A stretch of DNA of 24,600 nt from an uncultured Nitrososphaeraceae archaeon (GCA_963729045.1 CAVSMN010000004.1:1-24600); one strand, 5' to 3'; positions 1-10,074 are shown, numbered from the stretch's first letter. Translations and numbers: made by a program. Notes: generated by a model from the sequence alone, not told the origin.

Positions 1-123
1 GCCATTGTCCGCTCCTAAACTATCCTTATTTTTTAATGACGATTTTTTTATTGTCGTAAAAGTATATAGTTAAATTGATGCAATAATAAGTGGCAAAATA
101 AATAATGATTTATTCAGTAACCC

Positions 124-2102
124 GTGACATACTACACGTTTTTAGCAATGAAGCCTAAACCTAATCACATTATAAAGGATTCAGAAATCGTTAAAGGGAA
201 ATCGAAAATAGATTCGGTAATCTCACCATCTACACAAACTCTTTCACCTTCTATTTTGTCGTTAAAATTTCCTTTCGATTTAAAGGATGATCAGATAGCC
301 GCAGTCGTAGCTGGATGGAAAACAACAACAGGGGAACTATCCTCTACGGTCCAGGAACTGGAAAAACTGAAATCGCATTCGAATGTGCAAGGAGGCTAGT
401 GGGTCAACTTCTTTCACCAAAAAGGATAAAATCTCCATCGAAAATGGATAAAATGTTCTCTGTGGATTTAATATTAAATGACGAAAAAAATACCACTTCT
501 TTTCATAAACAGATTGAAACTACTGTAAGGCCAAATATAGAAAAAAATACACTTTTCTTTTTTATTTTTCAATATTTTGTTTTTGTACCGTGTTTTTTCT
601 TAATAAATCAAACTCTAAATAGATTAGTTTCATATGGCATACCAAAAGAGAAAGTTGGGGTTTATTTTGGAGAACGCAAAGAAAAAAGGGAGATAATGAT
701 ATGCACTTACCATAGTGTAATACGAAATCCATTACTGGTTCGACGTTCTAATATGGTGATATTTGATGAAGTGCATTTGATAAGAGACACTTCAACATCG
801 TTTATTAAAATTTTTGATATTGTAGTCGGGGATCTAAAAAGGGCAATTTTAGGTCTCACAGCCACCTTGGATGAGAAGGATTTTAAAAACATTACTATAC
901 TTGCAGTATTACCACCTGTAAAAAGATATTCCATTAAAAAGGCAGTTAAAGATAAAAGACTAGCCAAACCCATAGTAATTCCCATAAAAGTCTCTCTGAC
1001 AGAAAGTGAAATAAAAGAATACAATGTCTATTCTACGAAGATAAAGAATATTTCAAATAAATTAAAAGATATGATGTCAGTTCAATGACCAATCTTTTGA
1101 AAAAAGGTGGATTTGCAAGTGGAATGGCGAAAGCTTGGTTTGCAAACATTCGAAAAAGAAAGTTGTTGTTAAGCTATGCTGATAATAAATTAACCGCGGC
1201 AGCGAATATAATTCAAAATAAATTTCCGGATGAAAAAATTATGGTATTTAGTGAGACAATAGAATCCATTGAAAAGTTGAGGGATATTTTGAAAGGTGGA
1301 GGAATAGAATCGAAAATTATTGACGCTAAGGTAAGAGCAATAGACCGGAAAAGGATTCTAAATTCCTGGGGTATTACTTTTAACGTCCTTTTATCTGTGC
1401 ATACTTTGGAAATCGGTTATGATGTTCCTCAAGTCAGGATAGAAATTATCTTGGCTACCACCTCTAATATAAACCAAATAGTCCAAAGAATAGGCCGAGT
1501 GCTTCGAAAATATGAGGGCAAGAATATTGCGTTAATATATGTCGTATACGTTCCCGATACAAAAGATGACCATGTGATTAGAGTAGTAAATAAAGCAGTA
1601 ACAGTTGAAAATGAAGAGATTAAAATCAAGAAACAAGATCTTAAAGCCATATCAAAGGGGTTGGAGGTAAAAACAGAAGCACCAACTATAATAACAACAT
1701 CAACTGCTTCTCTGTTACCACAGAAAAAACTATCAAATACACCACTATCAAATAAGACAATAAAAAGGTCGAAGAAGACAGCTAAGAAAGAGAATCGTTA
1801 AAAAAGAAAATCATGAGAATAGAATTCATAGAGCATATGATATTATAGAGTCTACTCTTAATGAAACATCTCTAATAGTTGAAGAGGATCTCAAAACAAT
1901 AGTCAAAAAAGATAAGGATGACTCAAATCTCTATAATAATTCCTTAGAATCTAGTAGGAAAATTTACAAGGTAAAGAGTTCTATGGATAAAGAAAAAAAT
2001 TATCTCGTGAACTTGGAAGAACAGAGTTGTACTTGTAATGATTTTATTTACAGGCATGTAAAATGTAAGCACATTATAGCGGCTGAATTTATTTCCACAT
2101 AA
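124..2102 (+). pseudogene. SF2 DExH helicase (XPB/Rad25/ResIII-like) with C-terminal SWIM zinc finger, copy 1; split by frameshifts near 311, 1062 and 1793
   Basis: Joins ORFs 124..399, 315..1088, 1085..1801 and an unlisted tail ending TAA 2100..2102. Motifs: Q-like LKDDQ, Walker A GPGTGKT, Walker B DEVH, III TAT, V TLEIGYDVP, VI QRIGRVLR. The tail CTCNDFIYRHVKCKH fits SWIM CxC-xn-CxH. Each indel is absent from copy 2. The indels could be sequencing errors. Confidence 0.9.
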
Positions 2103-2752
2103 ATTTAATATTGGTTATTAACTGCTTCCCTTGTCGATAAACGGCCTATTCTCAGAAAATACCATTTGTTCTCGAAAAATTGAGGTGCCAAGTTTGTGAA
2201 TACCAAAGCAACTAGTACACATTCGGAGTACAAAAAAATGAGAATTAAATATAATAATATTTTAAAACGTCGTAAAGAAGTGACTTATTCCATAGTTTGT
2301 AAACCGCTAATGCATTCAAAAAACTAAAGTGATCAAGAATTTTAGGATATTCCACCTTTTTTGAGGTATAATAATTGTGAATGTTTTTTTAAACCACATT
2401 ATGGCTGGATTCTCTTCTAAATATTCATTGGTCATGCCATGATATATGTCCAATAATAGTAAATGAGGGCCGTAATTACCTGTGTGATGGCTATGTATTG
2501 ATTAAGTTATTGATGATTTTACCCCAAATTCAGCATGTGTATTGTGACAAATGAACCGAAATATTGCAAAGGGGTGGTCAATAACTAGCGTAAAGCATAA
2601 GAACGGGATGTCTATATTGGGTTAACTAGAGTGTTTGAACCGTTACTAAACTTTTTTTCCTTTTAGGTAATCATACACCTATTATGGAAAACCCAAAATT
2701 GTGGTTTTTTATAACATAAGGGATACAAATCTGCTTTCCTAACACAGGGAAA

Positions 2753-3019
2753 ATGTTTTTATGTATCTTTTATGTCAAAATCATGATTGAAATGTCCGTG
2801 GGGGATAAAAATTCATTCCATAGTATTTCAGAAAATTCAATACAAAGTAAGACAAAACCTTTAGAAACTATATTCAATTGTTCAAAAAATGATTGTCTGG
2901 ATGAAGCAATCGCTAGATGTGAGATGTGTTCAAAATATTATTGTTATCTACATGTGCAAGAAGATTTACATCCCTTGGAAAGTATCGAAATAATCAACCA
3001 TTCCGAAATACACATATGA
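2753..3019 (+). CDS. Small Cys/His-rich putative zinc-finger protein (B-box/AN1-like spacing); true start may be 2783 or 2792
   Basis: CSKNDC-x7-CEMC-x4-CYLH-x5-H pattern in an 88-aa ORF. Confidence 0.6.
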   Translation: MFLCIFYVKIMIEMSVGDKNSFHSISENSIQSKTKPLETIFNCSKNDCLDEAIARCEMCSKYYCYLHVQEDLHPLESIEIINHSEIHI

Positions 3020-3686
3020 TGATGAATTTCAAAAGTTTGAGATATCCTTTTTGAATTAATAACTATCTAAGCAATGATGAATTATTTCAAACATTCATAG
3101 TCATTCATGGAGTCAGTTATCAAAAATTCGCTTTTTTGTTTATTGTTAAATTCCATCAAAATTGAATATTACAGGTAATACACTTGCTAACAAATCAGAA
3201 ACATTCTGTGAATTGTGAATAAAATGATGCTAGTATTCATAACCTGCAGTTTCATGGCTACAATAATCATATTTAGTTTAATTGATTACGCCCAAACATG
3301 AAATTAAAATCCGCAGGCTATTCACTCATTAAGTTAAGATTGGACGACTTGTTAAAGGTCTCATCATGTTCAGTTCTAATTACCGAAAATTATATCAAAA
3401 CAATAGTTTGGGATATTGTTATGTTTAGGTGATCAAAACTACATTTTTGATTCTAACATAAACTATTTCTCAATGGCAATCGACTATTTGACTACATACC
3501 ATGTCTTATTTTGTTTTGCTTATTTATTTACTTACTACACTGAAAAAAATGAGGCCTTTAGTCTCAAATACTTAAAAAGTGGAATTTAAAGCCGTGTTTA
3601 TTGATGACTGCAGCCGGTGCAAATATAAACATGATACAGATAATCATTTTGCAATAAATGGTGATTTCTGACTTCAAAATTTTAAT

Positions 3687-3706
3687 AAAAAGTGAGTTTT
3701 ATATAC
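3687..3706 (+). promoter_or_regulatory. Putative archaeal BRE/TATA promoter for the M23 gene
   Basis: Purine-rich aaaaagtgag followed by ttttatata (3697..3705), ~45 bp before ATG 3749. The equivalent position in the right arm is also TATA-like. Confidence 0.4.
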
Positions 3707-3748
3707 TTCTTTGAATTATTATTACTATGAAGTGGGTTTTTTTTATAG

Positions 3749-4208
3749 ATGATGGCAAAAAACATTTACACAATCCCTGTTCCTAGAGAAATGTTGCAAA
3801 GAATGGATAGATCATCTTCTCCTGCCCATGTCGGTAAGCTTCGAAATGCGGTGGATTTTGTTGCTCCTATAGGGTACATCTGTTCTTGCTGCAGCAGATG
3901 GTATAGTAACTTATATCAATGAGGACTCCAATGTTGGGGGACCCGATGCATCATATTGGTTATATACTAATTTTATCATAATCAGTCATTCAAATGGAGA
4001 ATTTTCTAGATATGACCACCTTGATTACAAGAGTTCCAGAATCAAATTAAATCAGAAGGTTCAAGCCGGTGACAAGATATCCAAAGTTGGAATGACCGGT
4101 TATACTTATATTCCACATCTACACTTTCAAGTATTTATTATTACAGGTTACAATATTTGGACCGATTTTGATACAATAGAGATCAAGAATTTCAAAAATA
4201 CTCCATAA
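3749..4208 (+). pseudogene. M23-family zinc metallopeptidase with one extra G at 3872..3874 (not in the ORF track)
   Basis: Manual translation: MMAKNIYTIPVPREMLQRMDRSSSPAHVGKLRNAVDFVAPIG / TSVLAAADGIVTYINEDSNVGG...HSNGEFSRYDHLDY...GDKISKVGMTGYTYIPHLHFQVF...TP*. It contains the M23 hallmarks H-xn-D, GTxVxAxxDGxV, YxHL and HxH. Confidence 0.9.
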
Positions 4209-4273
4209 GTCAGTCCTTAATGTAGGAATATTTCGGGCTTTTCAGCCGTGATTATCGGCGATAAGTTGGATAT

Positions 4274-4681
4274 CTAAGATATTTGTTCTAACTTACTAAA
4301 ATCCCCAAAAGTAACTATTGAACCTGGAGTAATAAGTTCCATAAATTCCTTATACATTTCATCCCCACTTTTATCACCTTCCATTGCCTTCATAAACTGC
4401 TGCACATGTTTTGCATCCTTATAGGACTGGATTTCTAGCCAAACATCCTCATCATCGTTAGCAGAAATGGTCTTTGATAAATTTACAAAATCCATCATGT
4501 TCTCTCTTGAATTGAGGTTAAAGACTTCAAATTTTAATACTCCGTGTTTCTTAAAAAAATCATGGGAGTGCTTGTTAATCTTTACTAAAGCATCATGGTT
4601 TTTCTTTGGAGAGCGGTATAAGAAAACAGCTACCTGACCTCGAGAATCTTTTTGATTTGTAGAATTATCCAAATTACTCAT
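4274..4681 (-). CDS. DUF1428 (YbaA-like) family protein; probable start ATG 4681
   Basis: FLYRSPKKNHDA...FFKKHGVLKFEVF...DEDVWLEIQSYKDAKH...MEGD...FGDFSKL resembles DUF1428. The ORF-track extension to 4765 looks non-coding. Confidence 0.7.
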   Translation of the reverse strand: MSNLDNSTNQKDSRGQVAVFLYRSPKKNHDALVKINKHSHDFFKKHGVLKFEVFNLNSRENMMDFVNLSKTISANDDEDVWLEIQSYKDAKHVQQFMKAMEGDKSGDEMYKEFMELITPGSIVTFGDFSKLEQIS

Positions 4682-5240
4682 AAGATCGTTAAATAATGAT
4701 AATATAAAAATAATTAAGGGATCAAAAGTATATTGGTAATGGAAACTATTTAATTGTCGTTGCAATTATGATGGTTTTTAGTCCAACATGTGTTGATAAT
4801 TTTGATAGGGTCTAGTATTATGGACATTATACCGCCTGTATCCATTCTGTCCAAATCATAAGGCCTTGACAAGAACGTTCAAATATTATTGTCAGCATAT
4901 GTCTTAGTACCGAATAGATACAGTTTCAATTATGATTTAATTATGTTATGATTATCTATAATCACAAGATGACATTCGATTAAGAATAAATCAATTCCTT
5001 CCAATAGACAACATCATTTCATTATGTTTACCATAATTGTGAGTATAGTCTTTATTTTTTATGATGGAATATCAGGATCCTGATCGGTAGACACATAATT
5101 ATATTCAATTTTCCCGAACTGCTTGCCAAACCCAGTCTGAGATTTGAATGTTATTACAATAAGTATCATAATCGGGTTAGAATCATTCTATAAATTAACT
5201 AATTCCAATCAATACTTTAACAAAGTATAAAGTAAAAAAT

Positions 5241-6386
5241 CTATTTGGAAATATTTTCGAAATTCTTTTTTTGTAGGAATAAACAAAGTTCCCTATTTTC
5301 ATCCTTAAGTTTAGTGTAAGAAATAGGTTTGAATCCCTTATTGCCTTTAATTATGCCATATATCTTAATTTTGGGTTCAAAGTCTAATTTCTTTAGATTG
5401 CTACATAGATCTAACCATTTTTCCATCGTTTTCGCAGTCTCTGGTTCTGAGATATGTTTAACATTTAGTAGGTATGGACCAATAATTCGCCACAAGCAGT
5501 ATTTTCTTTGATCTTCTATGGGTATTTTTAAAAGGCGTTCAATCCATTCAATTCTGGAACTGGACTTGTTTTGATGATGACTCTCTCCACTGCCAGGGTA
5601 TTTTGTTTTATTTTTTTTAGGAGGATTGGGCCTATTAGAATATGACTTGTTAAAATTAATTTCCTGCTTTGTTAACCATGTCATAAATTCGTGTGTGATA
5701 GCCTCCCCGTTAATTCTTTTCCCATTCCATTTTTGAAGGATTCTTATTTTGGACTCCTCTAAGCTTAATCCTCTACTCAGACATTTGGAATTAAAAGTAT
5801 CAGGAATTCTAACTAAACATGTTTTGTATTTAGGTCGATGGTTGGGATCAGCCCTTCCACTTGTGAAATAGTCTTCTGCAAATTGCATAAAGGCTTCAGA
5901 TACAAAGTACTGTGAATATTTTCCCTTTAAAGAAAATAGACTTGGAAACTTATCTTTAGAAAAAACATACTCATTGTCCAGGACTGGAATGTCTATAGGT
6001 AAATAAATATGAAAACCATTCCCAGTCCAAGAAAGTGTCGGATGCGCACCCTGTATTTGTTCCATTTTTCTCAAGGTACTATTCTTTACTTTATTCAATT
6101 TGTCAATGTCATTATCAAAATTGCCAAGATCCAAGTCAACGAAAACAAAGTTTGGCGATTGAATTAGTATACCATCCTTTACTATAGTTTCAGGATATGC
6201 GTTAAGGCGACAATCTTTAAAGTCAGATTGCTCACATCGTTTCAAGATTTCTTGTTTTGTATTAACTGTAAACTGTCCATTTGATCTAAAGGTCATCATT
6301 TTGCGAGGAAATTGGCCCAAAGAACTTTCGAAGTGGGATAATATGAAGTCTATTGGAGGGTTAAGAATTATGTCTTTACCCATCAT
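5241..6386 (-). CDS. Archaeo-eukaryotic primase (AEP) catalytic domain fused to a PriX-like C-terminal domain
   Basis: AEP motif I FVFVDLD, motif II WTGNGFHIY, and downstream DPNHRP...LVRIPDTFNSK. After a basic linker comes WIERLLKIPIEDQRKYCLWRIIGPYLLNVK...EKWLDLC, which resembles PriX. The 381-aa ORF is intact. Confidence 0.85.
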   Translation of the reverse strand: MMGKDIILNPPIDFILSHFESSLGQFPRKMMTFRSNGQFTVNTKQEILKRCEQSDFKDCRLNAYPETIVKDGILIQSPNFVFVDLDLGNFDNDIDKLNKVKNSTLRKMEQIQGAHPTLSWTGNGFHIYLPIDIPVLDNEYVFSKDKFPSLFSLKGKYSQYFVSEAFMQFAEDYFTSGRADPNHRPKYKTCLVRIPDTFNSKCLSRGLSLEESKIRILQKWNGKRINGEAITHEFMTWLTKQEINFNKSYSNRPNPPKKNKTKYPGSGESHHQNKSSSRIEWIERLLKIPIEDQRKYCLWRIIGPYLLNVKHISEPETAKTMEKWLDLCSNLKKLDFEPKIKIYGIIKGNKGFKPISYTKLKDENRELCLFLQKKNFENISK

Positions 6387-6408
6387 ATTAGTATCACATA
6401 ATTATGAG

Positions 6409-7350
6409 TCAACCATTCGATGACAATAACATTACAACCCAGTCCGTTTGAGCAAATTTTATCGGAGTAAAAGAGATGTACATATTTTTGCCATTTACTT
6501 TCTCTATCAATGATCCTGATTCACCATTTTTTGCATTTTGAAAGCTTTGAAGTTCCTTAAATGATTCCATGTTATTGTTGTCAGATGACGTATCAGCTAT
6601 TTCTGTACCGTTATTATCCACTATCACAAACCTCTTATCACTATCCTCTGGTGGCATTGTTGATTTTATCAGATCATTGAAGTAGGTAAAGTTTAAACCT
6701 AACACTTGTACCCCTATCAATGAATTGTTATTTTTCGCATCTGAATAAATTGGGTTAGCGAGTATTGAAAGTGGTTCGCCTGTAGAGACTGCATTTATTG
6801 CATTACTTAAGTATGGGTGATTTGTTTCCACGGCGCCAATAAAATGGTCCCTATACGCAAAGTTGGTTGTAGAACTATTAGTTTGATATGGTGAATATGG
6901 TTCACCAAAATAGCGATCTCCATTTGGTAAAAGTAATCCCACATATAATAAAGCCTTGTTAGTAGCCAATAGTTTTTTAGCTTCATTTCTCTTCTCTAGG
7001 TCTTGGTTGCTTGGTATCCCATGATACTTCAGTTTCATTTCACTCGTAACATTTACCAGAGGTAAGTTTCCAAAAGAATTAGATCCATTCATCGAGGCAT
7101 CTGCGACTGCCATCAGATCCGATATCGTATTATTCAAACGTTGGGAAAGAGTAAAGAGATCCAGCTGTTTCAATAATGTAAAGTTGGTAGTAACGGATAA
7201 TTGTGATTGATTTGTATTATTACTATTTTGGTTTCCGTTCATCAGAGAAAATGTGCTTATGATAGGAATGAACATGAATGTTATAGCAGAAATTCCGATT
7301 ATCAGAAACAAAAAAGGCATTACCATCAAACCTAATCCTTTTACCATCAT
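6409..7350 (-). CDS. Membrane-anchored stand-alone Cache (dCache-like) sensor-domain protein
   Basis: N-terminal hydrophobic helix, then NFAYRDHFIGAVETNHPYLS...STGEPLSILANPIY...LIGVQVLGL, FVIVDNNGTEIAD and ISFTPIKFAQTDWVVMLL. No second TM segment or output domain. Confidence 0.8.
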   Translation of the reverse strand: MMVKGLGLMVMPFLFLIIGISAITFMFIPIISTFSLMNGNQNSNNTNQSQLSVTTNFTLLKQLDLFTLSQRLNNTISDLMAVADASMNGSNSFGNLPLVNVTSEMKLKYHGIPSNQDLEKRNEAKKLLATNKALLYVGLLLPNGDRYFGEPYSPYQTNSSTTNFAYRDHFIGAVETNHPYLSNAINAVSTGEPLSILANPIYSDAKNNNSLIGVQVLGLNFTYFNDLIKSTMPPEDSDKRFVIVDNNGTEIADTSSDNNNMESFKELQSFQNAKNGESGSLIEKVNGKNMYISFTPIKFAQTDWVVMLLSSNG

Positions 7351-7770
7351 TTATGAAATATTCTTGTTCTTAATAAGAATTGTCACTGTTATTTATATTT
7401 CACTGGATTGTTAAAAGAGCCATAGATTTTGACTAATCAGTTGTGTCAAAAGACAATAGGCAACGGATAGAACTGGAGTATTTCAAATGAAAGAAATTAA
7501 AACCTTTTTAGAGATTGCATCCACATTTAGATAACACACGAGATAACATATTGAATATATTTCAATAGACTATTGAATTTCCTAACTATTCAATATGAAA
7601 TGTTGAAAGTGTCATTTTGTCAAAAAATTGAAATATCCTGTACATTTGTGTAGACTTTATGAAACAGATATTTGTTTAATAGAAACTTCAATATTAGAGT
7701 AGAATTGTTCAGCGATTTTTCATAGTAAAAAATCCTATACATTAAATCCGATAATGCAAATAAATGTCAT

Positions 7771-8002
7771 ATGACTAAAATAATTAACCTTCAAGTTATA
7801 TCACCATCTAACGTAGAGAAAAGAATGATTTTTAGTACCTGATGATAAAGATGCATTAGTCAAAGGGGTTGAACTGGAATCCCACGTTTGTGGCTGTTGT
7901 GGATTTGTTTTAGCGATTTACAAATATCGCAATATAATATTACAATGCCACAATTGTAAATCATATAACGAAGCATCAAAAAATGAAAAATTCATTGACT
8001 AG
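7771..8002 (+). CDS. Small zinc-ribbon protein (~76 aa), apparently with one extra T in the T-tract at ~7829..7833
   Basis: MTKIINLQVISPSNVEKRMI / LVPDDKDALVKGVELESHVCGCCGFVLAIYKYRNIILQCHNCKSYNEASKNEKFID*; two CxxC knuckles. Confidence 0.55.
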
Positions 8003-8392
8003 TTTAAACGTCTAATTTTATGAAAAAAATCTATCAATGTAACAGATTATGTGAATAAGAAGCATATTTGTATTCTACTTTCATGTTTGGTATGTTTTCT
8101 AATTGAACCTTAGAAAAATTGAAGAATTAGTGCTTAAGAAATAGATATTTCTACCAATGTGAGTTTTTCATTATTTCAAACTGGAAACCGTCCTTTTATA
8201 TGTATAATACTGTCAAAGGATCATCTGACCACGCTTGTACTTTGTGATTGAACAGAATGGTAAGAAGACTTGTAACAAATTCAAGATTTGAAACTTTTAG
8301 TTTAGTTTTATCAAAAAAAACCTATATTCATTCTGTCGTCGTAAAATTGAACGATCAATCTTATTATACGCAGGATAAAACAAATAAGTTTA

Positions 8393-9419
8393 GTGAAAAG
8401 GAAATCATCCTTCTTTGACCAAATCTTGCTTGCAGTCACAGTTATAATGGTAGTTGGATTGGTCGGCTTTGTCATTGATCAAAGTTTACAATTATCAAAT
8501 TCGATATCAGCTGACTAGTCAGGTAGGATCTATTAATAAGAATGAATTAACGTCGCCTGACACTAATTTTGAGTCCGTTTCTATTAATCAAGCCGACCTA
8601 AAAAAGGTCATTGTAGGAGACATAGAAATTGCATATAAGACTTTTGGAAGGGGAGAACCAATCCTACTCATTAGTGGCAGCGGGAATGTAATGGACGTCT
8701 GGCCCCCATATTTTCTGAAAGAATTGGCGAAAGATCATAAGGTAACTATTTTTGATAATCGAGGCGTTGGAAATACTACAGAGGGAACAAAACCTTTCTC
8801 AGTTAAACAATTTGCAAATGATACTCTGGGTCTAATGAAAGTTTTAGGAATACAAAAAGCTGACGTGCTTGGATTCTCCATGGGTTCTTTTGTTGCTCAA
8901 CAGTTGGTTATTACGTACCCAGAAAAGGTAAACAGATTAATATTATATGGATCATCATGCGGAGGGCAAGAAGGGATCCCTCAAGATCCCAAAATAATTA
9001 GTGTATTATCAGATTTTGTTAATAATCACACGAAAGATGCCTCTGCATTCCTAGAAGTTACCTTCCCACTTAAATGGATTAAAGAAAATCCAAACTTTTT
9101 AGAATTGATTCCAAAGACCTCTGAAACTATCCTTTCCTCTACAGTAAAAAAACAGTTTGAGATAAATGAAGATTGGCTTTCAACTAATTGGTCTGGAGTT
9201 TGCGATTTACTTCAAAAAGTTACTAAACCAAGTTTAATCATAACAGGCACTGAAGATAAAGCGATTCCCTCCGGAAACTCACTGATTCTCGTAGATAAAA
9301 TCCCCGGATCATGGCTTGTGCAAATCGAGGACGCGGGACATGGATTGATGTATCAGTATCCCGAAATCTTTACTGAAATTGTAGGAACATTTTTGAATAC
9401 ATCAGTAACAATAAGGTAA
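8393..9419 (+). CDS. Alpha/beta-fold hydrolase; probable signal/anchor sequence from GTG 8393 lies in another frame (frameshift near 8500..8517)
   Basis: GEPILLISG, FDNRGVG, nucleophile elbow GFSMG, GTEDKAIP and DAGHGL give a Ser-Asp-His triad. The upstream frame reads MKRKSSFFDQILLAVTVIMVVGLVGFVID. Confidence 0.9.
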
Positions 9420-10074
9420 GAAAGAGATAAGACTCCTTTTCTTACATCATCATCATCTCTAACATAGACTCTTTGAATTCTCGACAGGTATTTATTGTAG
9501 TTATTAACTTTCTTGATTGTCGTATTTGATTATGTTGACAAAATTTATTTTAGAGTCAGCTGAGATGTCTTACCTTTTAGGAACTATTATAGGATCATTC
9601 AATATCAACCCTGTTTTCATGATAGAAAATAATTTCCATTTCATTTGTCCTTAGTATCGATAGATATCAACATGGTTGATAATTCTCGTCATTATTAGAG
9701 TCCTGAAAAACTATTTGATTGATTGGACCATAAAGTTGTCAATTTATCCTTTAGCATAATAATAACATCACACTTTTCTTGAGGAAATCCGCTCTACATT
9801 TCAAGTCGTCAACGACTTAAATTTCTCTTAAGACTATGATTAATTAAATTACTTGAGGGATCATCATGGTTAAGCTAAATTCATGGATCTGAATTCCATT
9901 CTATTAATTTGAGGGTTCAAACTATCTACTGACTAGAATATGACAAAGCAACTACAAAATTCAAAATTACCAGACCTGTTCTCACCAATTTTTATTATTT
10001 TAAATAAAAATATTGATTTTCATATAATTTTATTATCAATATTTGTTTTTATAATACCCTCTATAGAATTATTG

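Larger units (their letters stand above)
1..3739 (+). repeat. Left arm of large diverged inverted repeat (pairs with 15822..18991); may extend left of the window
   Basis: Base 1 gccattgtccgctcctaaactatc matches the reverse complement of 18968..18991. Colinear similarity runs through the helicase, the SWIM tail and non-coding DNA, decaying at gtgggttt (3732..3739) versus aaacccac (15822..15829). Segment 2824..3413 has no counterpart in the right arm. Confidence 0.95.

Noticed and set aside
707..1650. Minus-strand ORFs 707..1024 and 1429..1650, and their mirrors 17965..18282 and 17203..17559
   Set aside because: Antisense shadows of the helicase; they recur only because the DNA is duplicated.
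5071..5084. Perfect 14-bp palindrome atcaggatcctgat
   Set aside because: About one such palindrome is expected by chance in 24.6 kb, and there is no second copy or supporting context.
5329..5511. Short ORFs 5329..5511, 10020..10232, 14745..14966 and 19461..19790
   Set aside because: Antisense to well-supported genes and without motifs.
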